This document shows positions 40,762-52,928 of a stretch of DNA of 64,000 nucleotides, piece after piece. Source of the DNA: Dictyostelium discoideum (Eukaryota); contig CM000152.2 of the NCBI GenBank assembly GCA_000004695.1, positions 1,696,001 through 1,760,000 on the forward strand, given 5' to 3'. Numbering within the stretch: the stretch's first letter is position 1; each line of letters starts with the position of its first letter. The notes beneath the pieces are model-generated. The model was given only the letters and a program-made list of their open reading frames with translations, made no database searches and was not told the DNA's origin. The position numbers were made by a program, and so were the translations under genes.

Positions 40762-41809
40762 ATGGACATTNNNNNNNNNNNNNNNNNNNNNNNNNNNNNN
40801 NNNNNNNNNNNNNNNNNNNNNNNNNNNNNNNNNNNNNNNNNNNNNNNNNNNNNNNNNNNNNNNNNNNNNNTATGATGAAGATGGTTATGATGAAAATGGT
40901 TATGATAAATATGGTTATTTTTTATGTAAAAAAAACATCTATGATGAAAATGGCTATGATCAATATGGCTATAATGAATATGGTTATGATAAAGATGGTT
41001 ATGATGAAGATGGTTATGATGAAGAGGGTTATGATGAAGATGGTTATGATAAAGCTGGTTATGATAAATGTGGTTATAATGATGATGGTTATCATCAAGA
41101 TGGTTATAATGCATTAGGTTATTATGAAGATGGTTATAATATAAATGGTTATAATGAAGATGGTTATGATAAATATGGTTATAATGAAGATGGTTATGAT
41201 GAAGATGGTTATAATGAAGAGGGTTATGATAAAGATGGTTATCATATATATGGTTATAACAAATATGGTTATAATAAATATGGTTATGATAAATATGGTT
41301 ATGATAAAGATGGTTATGATAAAGACGGTTACGATGAAGATGATTATGATAAAAATGGTTATAATCCATATGGTTATGATAAAGATGGTTTTAATAAAAA
41401 TGGTTATAATAGAGATGGGGTTTATATAAAAAAAAAAAAACTTAACAAAATCACTAAAAAAAGCAAATTAGTTTTGAAATCATTAATTCCATATAAAGGT
41501 ATTCTTGCAAATAATTTAACAGATTTTAAATCAACTGAAAATGATTTCTTTTTAAATGTAGTGTCTCTTTTGTCACGTGAACGCCATATTACATTTATAT
41601 CTAGTGGTAACTTTGACAACAATTTCAACAATTGTTTGAAAATATCGCCGGAATTCTCAAAATGGAATAGTAATAAAGGTGAGGTAGAAATAAGTTCCTT
41701 TCCAACTTATGCTATAGATACAAAGGGTTCTAGAAGACTGACCTTTTATTTTTTTTCAATGAATAGTAAGTCTTTTTTATTAATTATAATTAACAATATT
41801 TTAAAATAA
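40762..41809 (+). CDS. Pentapeptide-repeat protein: about 55 tandem (D/N)GY(D/N)(E/K) units, then a 130-aa non-repetitive C-terminal domain; interrupted by the 100-N gap 40771-40870
   Basis: 15-nt DNA period (GATGGTTATGATGAA) built from preferred codons. The plus-strand frame runs out of the repeat into unique sequence (...FLNVVSLLSRERHITFISSGNFDNNFNNCLKISPEFSKWNSNKGEVEISSFPTYAIDTKGSRRLTFYFFSMN*). The ATG at 40762 is the presumed start, but the frame across the gap is unknown. Confidence 0.5.
40771..40870. other. Assembly gap (100 N)
   Basis: Exact N100 at the start of the pentapeptide-repeat coding region. Confidence 1.
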
Positions 41810-41837
41810 CCCCACTTGGTACTAATATAAATTAAAC

Positions 41838-41981
<144 letters not shown>

Positions 41982-42399
41982 CCAATAAAAGTCCAAACAT
42001 AATCATTATTTTAGAATTTAAATTTTTTCATAAGACTAATTCAATTTTCAGTTATTTTCTTGACGTAAAAAAAAGACCAACACTAATTACATTGATTTCT
42101 TTGAATCTGCCAAAGATCAAATATTCACAATGACTCAGAGAATTCTAGATGTATCAAAAAGTGTTGACAAAGAATATCAAATAATTAATTATCTCATATT
42201 TGGATATAAAGATATTTCAAAATTAAAAACTAGACCCCAAAGGATTGCTGATTTTGGTTTTGATATTTATTTAATTGATGCTGTTACTAAGGAATCAACG
42301 AAAATTCATAATTAAACAAAAATAAATATCCACTCCATGAAGGTCAAAAACAATAACAACAAGAGAATTAAAAAATAAAATAAAATAATAAAATTAAAA

Positions 42400-42502
<103 letters not shown>

Positions 42503-42529
42503 ATAAAACTATCAATTACAATATCCATT

Positions 42530-42701
<172 letters not shown>

Positions 42702-42753
42702 ATAAAAAGTTACAGGAATAATTTATTTAAACTATTGTCTGAATTATGGGTCG

Positions 42754-42784
<31 letters not shown>

Positions 42785-43140
42785 TTTTATTTTCCAAATA
42801 CATTGGCCAATTCCAATAATTATTGTTTTTTGTGTGTGATAATCATTGCTGCAAAAATTAAAAAAAAATAAAGATAAAAATAGAAAATTAAAGATAGAAA
42901 AAATAATTATTTAATTTATTTTTATTTTATTTTTTTTTTTTTTTTTTCAAAAAGGTTTTTTTTTAAAGGGGCCAAATTTTTTTTTCACTTTAGTAAAAAA
43001 AAAAAAATTAAAATGGAATTTTATTAATCATATTCTAATTTATTAAAAATAAAACAAAATTTATTTAGATAAATAACACTTTTAAAAAAATTCTGTAGAG
43101 TCAATTAGTCTAAAAATAAAAATTACTTGTTCAATTTAAA

Positions 43141-43216
43141 TAATTAATTGGATTTTGATCTCATTTTAAAAACATTTAAAATTTTATTTTTAAAATGAGA
43201 TCAAAATCGAATTAAT
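43141..43216. repeat. 31-bp inverted repeat (AATTAATTGGATTTTGATCTCATTTTAAAAA / TTTTTAAAATGAGATCAAAATCGAATTAATT), 1 mismatch, 14-nt spacer
   Basis: The reverse complement of the right arm equals the left arm except for G/C at one position. It lies in an intergenic AT-rich region. Confidence 0.8.
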
Positions 43217-43469
43217 TATTTAGACAGAAAGAACAAATTATTTTTATTTCAAAAATTAATGTACTCGATAATAAAAAAAAAAAAACAATAACAAATTTGG
43301 CGCAATTTATGCTCGTAAATCATAACACCATTCTCATTCAAAAAAAGAATGGAAACAAAAATTTTAAAAAAAAACAGTTTTTGAAAAAAAAAAAAATAAA
43401 ATAAAATAAAAAAAATAAAAAAATAAAAAAAATAAAAATCTTTGCAGTTGATTTCGTTTAATCTGAATC

Positions 43470-43504
<35 letters not shown>

Positions 43505-44047
43505 ATTAAAAAACTAAATTTAATAAAAAAAAAAAAATTAAAATAAAATAAAAAAAAAAATAATAAAATAAAAACTAAATTTAATAAAAAAAAAATCAAA
43601 AAAAAACAAAAAAACTAAAAAAGAAAAGAAAAAAGAAATAAAAAATTTTAAAATTTTATAATAAAAACGTAGAAATATCTATACACTTTTCAACATTGTT
43701 TTTATTATTGGTCGAATTTTTAAAAAAATAAAATAAAAAATGAGAAAAATTATGGTAGCCACCAACCGTTTTGAAAAATCTGATAACAATTCACGAAAAA
43801 ATGCAAAGTTTTCAAAAATAAAAAATATCTTTTTTTTTTTTTTTATTTTTTTTTTTTTTATAAAAAGATGAAATTTTTGAGGAGGTTAGAGAATTTTCCA
43901 ACTACTTTTGACTCTAAAATTTTTTTTTAAAAAATATTTTTTATTTTTTTTTTTTTTCCAAACGATTCGGTATAAAAAGTTTTTTTTAAAAAAATTTAAT
44001 CATTATCTTAATCATCCAATTATTTTTTAAATATATATATAAATAAA

Positions 44048-45378
44048 ATGAAAGTTTTATCTGCCTTATGCGTTTTATTAGTCAGTGTTGCCACTGCCAA
44101 ACAACAATTATCCGAAGTTGAATACAGAAATGCTTTCACCAATTGGATGATTGCTCACCAAAGACATTATTCATCAGAAGAGTTCAATGGTCGTTACAAT
44201 ATCTTCAAAGCCAATATGGATTACGTCAATGAATGGAATACCAAAGGTAGTGAAACCGTTTTAGGTTTAAATGTCTTTGCTGATATCAGCAATGAAGAAT
44301 ACAGAGCCACCTATTTAGGTACCCCATTCGATGCTTCATCCCTCGAAATGACCGAATCCGATAAAATCTTCGATGCTTCCGCTCAAGTCGATTGGAGAAC
44401 TCAAGGTGCTGTCACCCCAATCAAAAATCAAGGTCAATGTGGTGGTTGTTGGTCATTCTCAACTACTGGTGCCACTGAAGGTGCTCAATACCTTGCCAAC
44501 GGTAAAAAGAATTTAGTCTCATTATCCGAACAAAATTTAATCGATTGTTCAGGTTCATACGGTAACAACGGTTGTGAAGGTGGTTTAATGACCTTAGCTT
44601 TCGAATACATCATCAATAACAAAGGTATTGATACTGAAAGCAGCTACCCATACACTGCTGAAGACGGTAAAAAATGTAAATTCAACCCAAAGAATGTTGC
44701 TGCTCAATTATCATCATACGTTAACGTTACCTCTGGTTCAGAATCAGATTTAGCTGCCAAAGTTACTCAAGGTCCAACCTCAGTTGCCATTGATGCATCC
44801 AACCAATCATTCCAATTGTACGTTTCAGGTATCTACAATGAGCCAGCTTGCTCTTCAACTCAATTAGATCACGGTGTCTTAGCTGTTGGTTTCGGTACTG
44901 GTAGTGGTTCATCTGGTTCCCATGGTGGTTCCCAATCACAATCTGCTGGTTCAGATTCACAATCTGCTGGTTCAGAATCATCCCAATCTGAATCCGGTTC
45001 ACAATCACAATCTGAATCCGGTTCACAATCACAATCACAATCTGGTTCTCAATCATTCTCTGGTTCCTTATACTCTGGTTCATACTCTGGTTCCCAATCT
45101 GGTTCCCAATCTGGTAACAGCGGTGCTGCTGTTAAACAAACTGGTGCTGGTTCAGGTTCAGGTTCAGGTTCAGGTTCCGGTTCCGGTTCAGGTTCAGGTT
45201 CAGTCTCAGGTTCAGCTTCAGGTTCCGCCTCAGGTTCCGCCTCAGGTTCATCAAGTGGTAGCAATAGCAACGGTGGTGTTTATCCAACCGCTGGTGACTA
45301 CTGGATCGTTAAAAACTCATGGGGTACCTCATGGGGTATGGATGGTTACATTTTAATGACCAAAGGAAATAACAATCA
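44048..45378 (+). CDS. Papain-family cysteine proteinase (cathepsin L-like) with C-terminal Ser/Gly-rich insert, exon 1
   Basis: Signal peptide [17 protein letters not shown]. Propeptide ERFNIN-like ([21 protein letters not shown]). Active-site [11 protein letters not shown] and H ([10 protein letters not shown]), N...W (NSWGTSWG). A roughly 120-aa (GS/QS)n insert sits before the C-terminus. GTAAGT donor, phase 2. It resembles the Dictyostelium CP4/CP5-type proteinases (cprD/cprE class) that carry Ser-rich GlcNAc-1-P domains. Confidence 0.85.
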
Positions 45379-45480
45379 GTAAGTACATAATATATAAAAT
45401 AATTTATATACATATTTATAATAAAAATAGAAATACTAACTAATTTTTTTTTTTTTTTTTTTTTAAATTTTCCTTTATAG

Positions 45481-45532
45481 ATGCGGTATTGCAACAATGG
45501 CCTCACGTCCAACTGCTGTTGCATCACTTTAA
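45481..45532 (+). CDS. Cysteine proteinase, exon 2 (QCGIATMASRPTAVASL*)
   Basis: The acceptor CCTTTATAG ends at 45480. It encodes the canonical papain C-terminal CGIA..AS.P. Confidence 0.8.
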
Positions 45533-45813
45533 ATTAACGATACATATATATACATATTTATATAATTTTATAATTAATAAAAAATAATACGAAAACATAT
45601 AAAATTTATATGATAAATAAATAAAAAATATTTGTAATATATAAAAATTAATTTTCTTTTAATAAAGTTGTTTTAAGTTCTCTTTTGTAAAATTTGTCTT
45701 TTTAAAAAAATTTTTTTTTAAATAAACGCCAATATCTTTTTTTAAAAAATTATAAATAAATTATTTTATTATTATAATTTTTTTATTTTATTTTATTTTA
45801 TTTTATTTTTTTT

Positions 45814-47031
45814 TTAATTATCTTTAATCATTTTTAAAATTTTAAAAAATATTTTCATGTGTTTCTTATAAAGTATTAAAAAATAATTTAAACAAAACCA
45901 AATTGTTAAACGTGGAATTGTAATTGAAATATAATCATTTAAAAATGAAGGAAATATTGAAAGGAATAAAAGTGAAAAAGATTGAATAAAGAAAACTAAT
46001 GTCCAAGTTTCATAATAATATTTTTTAAAAAATAATTTTAATTTTGAATTATATTTTAAACTTGATAAATTAACTTGTTTTCCTTTGATAATTAATTTCT
46101 TTACAGTTAATGGAATTAATCTATGATCTAATTTTATATATCTTTTATTTTTGAAATCACTAAATTCAATGATTTCAACACCAAATGGAATTGAACCATA
46201 ACAAAGATTTGAAGCAATATATTCTCCATTGAAATGATCAATAATTTTCAATTTCTTAACAGATGATGGTATTACATTCTTTTCAATTCTTGTTTCAAAA
46301 CTACAAAATGAAATTGTTAATTTTCTAACTGATGATGGTATAAATCCTGGAATTAATTGCGGTTGAAAATATTTTGGACCCAATACAAGTTTTGTAACTG
46401 ATGATGGTATAAATCCAACTAATAAATTAATATTAAAACAACCATCGATAATTAAGGTTTTAATTGATTTTGGTATATCATTAATAGTTAAATCCATTCT
46501 ATTGAAAAAATTGAATAGTTTTAATTTGGTCACAGTTTGTGGAATTGTATGTGGTTTATTAAAAATACCACCATATTCAATGGATGTTACAGATGGTGGT
46601 AAAAATTCAAATGATTGATTGAAATGATATCCAAATCTTAAAGTTTCGCATGTTGGTGGAATTACACCTTTATCAATTTTAAAATTAAAAAATTGACCAA
46701 CATAAATTGTCTTTACTTTTGGTGGTAATGATCCAATTATCAATGGATATGAAAATACATTACTCAACTTTAATGACCTTACTGAATGTGGTATTGCTCC
46801 AACTGGTATCGATGAATTCTTTAAAAATTTACACTTCTTTATATAATATGAATTCTCTAAACCATTCAATTTGCTACAATCTTCAAAAACTTTAATTTTA
46901 TTCATTGAATATTTTTTAATTTGATGAAAAATTCTAAATCTTAAAAATTTATTTCTCCAAACTTTAAAAAATAATATTTCATTTAAATTATTATTATCAA
47001 TTATTAAATTAATTTTATTATTATTATTCAT
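45814..47031 (-). CDS. FNIP-repeat protein (Dictyostelium FNIP repeat family), 405 aa
   Basis: Tandem units of about 22 aa: IP.SV..L.FG..FNQ.., (V/F)IP.SV..L..G. The non-repetitive N-terminus is MNNNNKINLIIDNNNLNEILFFKVW. Confidence 0.7.
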   Translation of the reverse strand: MNNNNKINLIIDNNNLNEILFFKVWRNKFLRFRIFHQIKKYSMNKIKVFEDCSKLNGLENSYYIKKCKFLKNSSIPVGAIPHSVRSLKLSNVFSYPLIIGSLPPKVKTIYVGQFFNFKIDKGVIPPTCETLRFGYHFNQSFEFLPPSVTSIEYGGIFNKPHTIPQTVTKLKLFNFFNRMDLTINDIPKSIKTLIIDGCFNINLLVGFIPSSVTKLVLGPKYFQPQLIPGFIPSSVRKLTISFCSFETRIEKNVIPSSVKKLKIIDHFNGEYIASNLCYGSIPFGVEIIEFSDFKNKRYIKLDHRLIPLTVKKLIIKGKQVNLSSLKYNSKLKLFFKKYYYETWTLVFFIQSFSLLFLSIFPSFLNDYISITIPRLTIWFCLNYFLILYKKHMKIFFKILKMIKDN

Positions 47032-47965
47032 TTTTTTTTTTTTTTTTTCTTTTTATTTGAATTAAAATTTTCAATATGATTATTTCATATTCCTTTATTT
47101 AACAATCATATATAATAAAAATAAAAATAAATAAAAAAAAAATAATAATCAAAAAAAAAAAAAAAAAATTATAAAAAAAAGAAAAAAAAAAAAAAAAAGA
47201 AATTTTTTTGTGAATAGGGTTAAAAAAAATTTTTTTTTACCCCCTGCAACTGTATTTTTTTTATTTTTTTCTTTATTTTAAAAAAAAAAAAAAATACAAT
47301 CAAAGTATTGTTTCTATATCTAGTTTAGTGGGGGTTAAATTTTAATCTTAAATAACTTTTTTTTTTTTTTTTTAAAAAATAGGGTTTATGGTTAAAAAAA
47401 AAAAAATTAATCCATAAATAGGCTAACAATATTTTAAGTTAAATTACCACCATTCTGTGGGAAAGCCAAATGTGATGAAAAATGTACAATAAAACCATTG
47501 ACATAATATAATCATGTCAAATAATTACCATGGTAAAAACATAAAATAATAAAATCAATTTTAATATAGCATTATTTTATTTTTTAAAACATTAATTATT
47601 TTTTTTAATTCTTAAAAAGTTATTAAAAAAACATTTAAAATAAAGTAATATAAAAGAAGTTGGATAAAAAAAAATTAAAGTAAATTATTAAAATGTTAAA
47701 TTAATAAATATAATAAATGTTAAATTAATAAATATAATAAAATTATTAAATTTCCAAACTAATTTTTCAATGTTTTTTGATTATCACAGCCAGAGGTAAT
47801 TCAATTTCAAATCTCTTTCAATTTAAATAAAAATATTAAATAGATTTCTTTATAGTTTTAAAAATGTTTATTATTTATTTCTTTTCTTTCCTTTTCTTTT
47901 CTTTATTTAATTAATAATTAACTCTAATAAATATTAAGTAATAGTAGTTTTCTTATTATTATTAT

Positions 47966-48003
<38 letters not shown>

Positions 48004-48008
<5 letters not shown>

Positions 48009-49772
48009 CAAAGTTTAATCTTAATTTTAAAAGATATTTAATTCTACATTGAGAATTATTATAGATTACATATTCATTGGGAGTAAAAAATGTTACAATA
48101 CTACCAGTTTCAATGATGGGACCTTTTAATACTGAAGATGGTATAAATTCATCTTTATCTTGATAGCAACCATTCAATTGGTCATAGAGAGCTGGTTGTC
48201 TTTTACCCAAGGCTTTTGTACTTAGATATCCTAATTGTGGTTCCTCCATGTAGGTATCATGGTATAATGCGGCGCTATTACCCAAAGCAACGTCACAAAT
48301 GGCGATAATAGCGGTTGGATTCTCTTTTGTGGCACCAGTGTATAAACCTGATAAAGAAATGCAATCAGCTAGATAGACACCTTTACCAAGACGATAGCCA
48401 GATTTTGGAGATAATGGTGAGGCGATCTTTAAACCATTTGGAAGAATACTACACCAAGATTGAATTCTACTACCATGGAATAATAACATTCTATTGTGAT
48501 TTGATTCCCATTGAGAAAATTGATCATCACCAATTCTATCAACCTTGAAAACATCCAATACATCGATACTATAACCCAAACTTGGATCAACGGTAGAAAG
48601 TGCAAACTCTTCAATATTACGAAAGAGAAAAGAATCTCTTTCCAATGGTTTAATATCGGCCTTTAAGAGATTATAGTTGTCGTCGGTTGAATTACCACTG
48701 GTGGATGTACTTAATCTTTTCAATTGATTTACGACCTCTATTTCACTTAATGCATCTACCAATCTAATACATTTGACCAAGAGTTCTTTATTATCGATTG
48801 GTGGTATTTTACTCATGAGACCACCCTCGAAACGATGTGGAATATGTGTATAGAATTTTGAAGACTCTGCCATAATTTCACTTTTAATATTGTGTTGGGC
48901 AGTTGGTGACAATGGTTGTAATGGTGATTGTTTTTCAATGGTTTCTAAAAGCTCTTGAATTCTATTCAATACTTCATAGGCTTTATTAATTTGATTCTGT
49001 GATAACTTTCCCAATGGCATCTTTTGTACATCAAATTGAAGTGATGTTAATGATTTCTTCATTAATTCTGAATCAAATAATGTATTTACAAGTGATTGAA
49101 CTGGTTGTAATAATTTTGATGGTTTTGTATTAACTGGTGCAACAATTGGTGCTTCTACTTCATTATCACCACCACTACTAAATTCACCAACATTCTCTTC
49201 TAAATCGATGATTGCATATTTACCATTTTGTTTCTTATATTTACCTCTATCATTCCATTCAATACCAGTTTTATCAGTGAATCTTTCACCAAATTCTTTT
49301 AATGCTTTGTTTAATGATGTATGACTATGTTGCATTGTACCGCCATTACTAACACCAATACGACCCCATTTACAATATACCCAATACGATGTATCACCAG
49401 TTTTAATAATTTGTAAAATATAATATGAATTATTATTATGAATTAAATCAGTTAAATTCATTAAAACATTATATGCAACATAACCATAAACATCATCTTC
49501 TAATACTAAAATTTCACCTTTATTTGCATTACTAAATGATGGATCAACTTTTAATAATGTTGAATTTTTTTTAATTGGTGATTTTTTATAAAAGAAACTA
49601 TTATTATCATCATCATTATTATTATTATTATTATTATTACTACCATTATCTTTTGAATCTGAAATTGATAAAGCTGAAAATGTTGGAATTTCTGTTTCTT
49701 TAGTACTATTTATACCTTCTGTTTCTTTATATTCTAATACTTCATATGGATGAATTTGTGAAAATGTATAAC
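48004..49772 (-). CDS. PARP, exon 3 (WGR domain WGRIGVSNGGTMQHSH, regulatory helical domain, catalytic domain HGSRIQSWCSILPNGLKIA...GKGVYLAD...YNEYVIY)
   Basis: The acceptor CTCAAAAAG ends at 49773 with phase 1. Catalytic H-G-S, Y and E residues are present; the PARP signature is on the minus strand at about 48390-48560. Confidence 0.8.
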
Positions 49773-49854
49773 CTTTTTGAGTAAAATAAAAAAATTAATT
49801 AGTATTAAATAAATAATTATTATTATTATTAAAAAAAAAAAAAAAAAAACAAAC

Positions 49855-50181
49855 CTTTAAAGAAAGAAGTTTTTGGCATTAATTCCTTTGGAATTATGAA
49901 ACGATATCTTTTAACCTCTTGACCATGCCAAGTACAACGAGAAAATGAACTTGAGAAACCCCTACAATAATAATTTTTACCATCATATAAAACAGTTAAA
50001 CCATTACAAGATGGACATGGACCAATACGACCATATGATAAACCATCGGCCAAAAAGTGAAGATAATAACTTGGTGATAATGAATCCAATTTTGGATAAA
50101 ATTCTAAAAATAATTTTTTAATAATTGCTGGTTTTAATTCACTAATTAAAATATCTTTAATTCTCCAAACTTCATTATAAT
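49855..50181 (-). CDS. PARP, exon 2 (PADR1/zinc-ribbon: VWRIKDILISELK...LADGLSYGRIGPCPSCNGLTVLYDGKNYYCRGFSSSFSRCTW); apparent -1 frameshift near 50096-50100
   Basis: The TTTTTAG acceptor and GTTTGT donor are clear. The two halves of the exon are both PARP-like but sit in frames differing by 1 nt in my reading of the A-run ATAAA at 50096-50100: the sequence needs GAATTTTATCC but shows GAATTTATCC. Confidence 0.5.
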
Positions 50182-50279
50182 ACTAAAAATAAAAAATTTT
50201 TAAAAAAAAAAAAAAAAAAAAAAAATTTAGTATATTAATTATTTTTGAAAATTAAAATAAAAAAAAAAAAAATACATAC

Positions 50280-50597
50280 AGTTGATAAAGCTAAATTTAA
50301 TCCATCATCAGTTTGACCTAAAATTTTTCTAATTTTTAATTGATCATCCCATCTTAATAATTCATAATGCTTTAATTGATTAATATAAAAGATTTTTAAC
50401 TTTGGGAAGTCCATACAACTTAAATGGTAATATTTGACATCGTAACCATCGAAAACACGTGACGGTGTCTCTGTTCCAACTCTAATTGTATCCATTCCAA
50501 TTGTTCCTTTACATTTCTTGCAAGATGATCTGGCTGATTTTGAATATTCGACTGTTTGTCTTAACCCTTCATGTGATGTAAATTTCTCTTTTTCCAT
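50280..50597 (-). CDS. Poly(ADP-ribose) polymerase, exon 1 (zf-PARP zinc finger)
   Basis: ATG at 50597. SRSSCKKCKGTIGMDTIRVG...FDGYDVKYYHLSC is a PARP-type zinc finger. GTATGT donor, phase 0. Confidence 0.7.
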
Positions 50598-51298
50598 TTC
50601 TTAAAAATATGTGTAAAAGTAAAAATATATAAATATATATATATATATATATAAATGTATTCAAATACAAAAATAATGTTTTAAAGAAAGAAAATAATAA
50701 TTTTTTTTTTTTTTTGTAAGAAAAAAAAAAAAATTGCGCCTTGAAAAAAAAAAAAACAAAATAAAATAAAAAAAAATTAAATTTAAAAAATTGATTTATT
50801 TTCGAGGTAAAAAAGGGTTTCTCCAAAAAAAAAAGAAAAACAAAAAAAAATCTTTTAAAAAAATCTTTTTATAAAAAAGGAAATTCGATATTTTTAAGAT
50901 ATTTTATTTTTATCTTTTGAATTCTAGTAATATTTGGATTTAAATTTTGGATTTCTTATTTTTAATAATTTTTTTTATCTTTTTTATCTTTTTTCACTTT
51001 ACGCAGAAATAAACTTTTATTAACTTTGAAGGATTATTTATTTTTTTTTTTTTTTTATTTTTTTTTTTTTTTTTCATTATCTATGTATTTATTTTGATGA
51101 AGAAATAAACTTTTAAAAAAATAAATATTTATTTTAATATTTTTTAATAAACTTTTTAATATTTTCTTTTAAAATTAAATTGGAAGGATTTTTTTTTTTT
51201 TTTAAGAATCTTTGGTTTATTTTTTTTATTTTTTTTTTTTTAGTCTTGGATTTATTTATTTATTTTTTTATTTATTTTTTTTTGTTTTTTTTTTTTTT

Positions 51299-52849
51299 TT
51301 AGAATCTCTTTCTTTTTGAGGTAGAGGATTTCTTTGGTTGTTTTGAAGGAGTTGATTTTTTAGATGGTGGTGCAGCAGATGATTTTGAACCTTTCTTTTT
51401 GTATGACGATTTACTATTTGAACTACCAGATTTTTCTAACATTTCAGCAAAATCATCAGCATCCATGAAAGCATCATTATTTTGCATTGATTTAAGGAAG
51501 TCTGATTTTTCTTCATCTTCTTCTTCTTCTCCTTCTCCATCCTCTTCACCATCATCCTCATCACCAAAATCTGGAGTTTGAACATCATCGTCTTCTTCTT
51601 CTTCAACTTCTTCATCACCAAAATCTGGTGTATCGACATTTGTACCATCCTCATCATCGAAATCTTCTTCATCTTCATCAATATCAACATTGTCTTCTTC
51701 TTCCAAATCTTCATCTTCTTCCAAATCTTCACCATTATCTTCATCATCATCATCGTCATCATCTGGAATGGAATCTAAAAATTCTTCATTATTTAATGAA
51801 GCGAATTCTTCATCATTAACATCAAATTCTTCATCATCTTCATCATCATCATCATCTTCTTGAGAATTTTTAGTTGATTTTTTAGTTGATGGAGCAATTG
51901 GTTTTTTTGATTTTGGAATTTCAGATTCAAATTCTTCATCATCGAAATCGGAAGCTTGCAAATCTTCATAACTATATTCAGCATCTAAATCTTCCAAATC
52001 TTCATCTGAATCATTTTCATCTTCTTTATAACCCAAAACTTTATCCATTTCTTCATTATCAGTAACGAATTTAACAACATTTGATCCTTTCTTTTTATTA
52101 ATAACACCACTGGCATTTGAAATATCACCAAATGTTTTTAAGAATTGTTCTTCTGGTCTTGTGAAAGTTTGTTTTTCTTCTTCTTCCTCCTCCTCTTCTT
52201 CAGATTCATCTTCTTTATCATCATCTCCTTCTTCGTCTTCATTATCATTATCACTATCCATACCATATTGTTCAGCGATTTTAGATTTTGAAACTTTTAA
52301 TGAACTTTTTAATTTTCTATTCTTTTGTCTTGATAAAACGAATTTTTCAAGGAAAGCACTTAATGTAAATAAAACAGTTGGATTACCTTTGAATTTAATT
52401 GGATTTGATCTTAAAAGATCATTTGCCATTGAACTAATTGTTGGATGTTGATGAATTGAATATAATGTAATCTCCCAAAGACATGATAAATGAGCATTTG
52501 CTTGAACTGGATCATGATGTAATGGATTATATAATGATTCTGATGATTCTTCTTGTTCTTGTTTTTCTTCAGTTGATTTTTTTTCGATATCAGTTATCAT
52601 TGTTCCAAAAATTGGATTAAATTTAATTAATTCTGAAACTAAAATTAAAGTTGCAGCAGAGAATGAAACTATTTGGTGGAATGAAAATTGTATTAATCTC
52701 TTTAAAACTGCCATTGATCTTGAAATATTATCATCATGTTTAATTGCTCTAAATACTAAATTCAAAAATGATGTTTGATCAAATTGTGATAATTTCTCCA
52801 TTCTATTTAAAGTATGATATAAATTTGAATAAAAGTCATTTGCAATTTC
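51299..52849 (-). CDS. Noc1/CEBPZ-like, exon 5 (helical repeats, then long acidic D/E-rich tail and basic C-terminus)
   Basis: The acceptor AAAAAATAG ends at 52850. EIANDFYSNLYHTLNRMEKLSQFDQ... leads into ORF 51299-52801. The acidic tail is typical of Mak21/CEBPZ. Confidence 0.7.
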   Translation of the reverse strand, partial: EIANDFYSNLYHTLNRMEKLSQFDQTSFLNLVFRAIKHDDNISRSMAVLKRLIQFSFHQIVSFSAATLILVSELIKFNPIFGTMITDIEKKSTEEKQEQEESSESLYNPLHHDPVQANAHLSCLWEITLYSIHQHPTISSMANDLLRSNPIKFKGNPTVLFTLSAFLEKFVLSRQKNRKLKSSLKVSKSKIAEQYGMDSDNDNEDEEGDDDKEDESEEEEEEEEEKQTFTRPEEQFLKTFGDISNASGVINKKKGSNVVKFVTDNEEMDKVLGYKEDENDSDEDLEDLDAEYSYEDLQASDFDDEEFESEIPKSKKPIAPSTKKSTKNSQEDDDDDEDDEEFDVNDEEFASLNNEEFLDSIPDDDDDDDEDNGEDLEEDEDLEEEDNVDIDEDEEDFDDEDGTNVDTPDFGDEEVEEEEDDDVQTPDFGDEDDGEEDGEGEEEEDEEKSDFLKSMQNNDAFMDADDFAEMLEKSGSSNSKSSYKKKGSKSSAAPPSKKSTPSKQPKKSSTSKRKRF

Positions 52850-52928
52850 CTATTTTTTAAAATTTTAAATATTAATATAAATAATAATAAATGATAAATA
52901 ATAAATAATAAATAAATAAATTACTTAC

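Noticed and set aside
40701-41369. Minus-strand ORF reading HNHLYHNH... across the pentapeptide repeat; also 40872-41429 plus-strand MV(I/M)MKMV frames
   Set aside because: These are alternative frames of the same 15-nt repeat. Only the +GYD frame continues into unique sequence and uses preferred codons.
45049-45270. Minus-strand [13 protein letters not shown] opposite the proteinase Ser/Gly insert; similar ones at 44763-45083, 44886-45356, 61358-61837
   Set aside because: Antisense or alternative frames of the GGTTCAGGTTCA repeat encoding GSGS.
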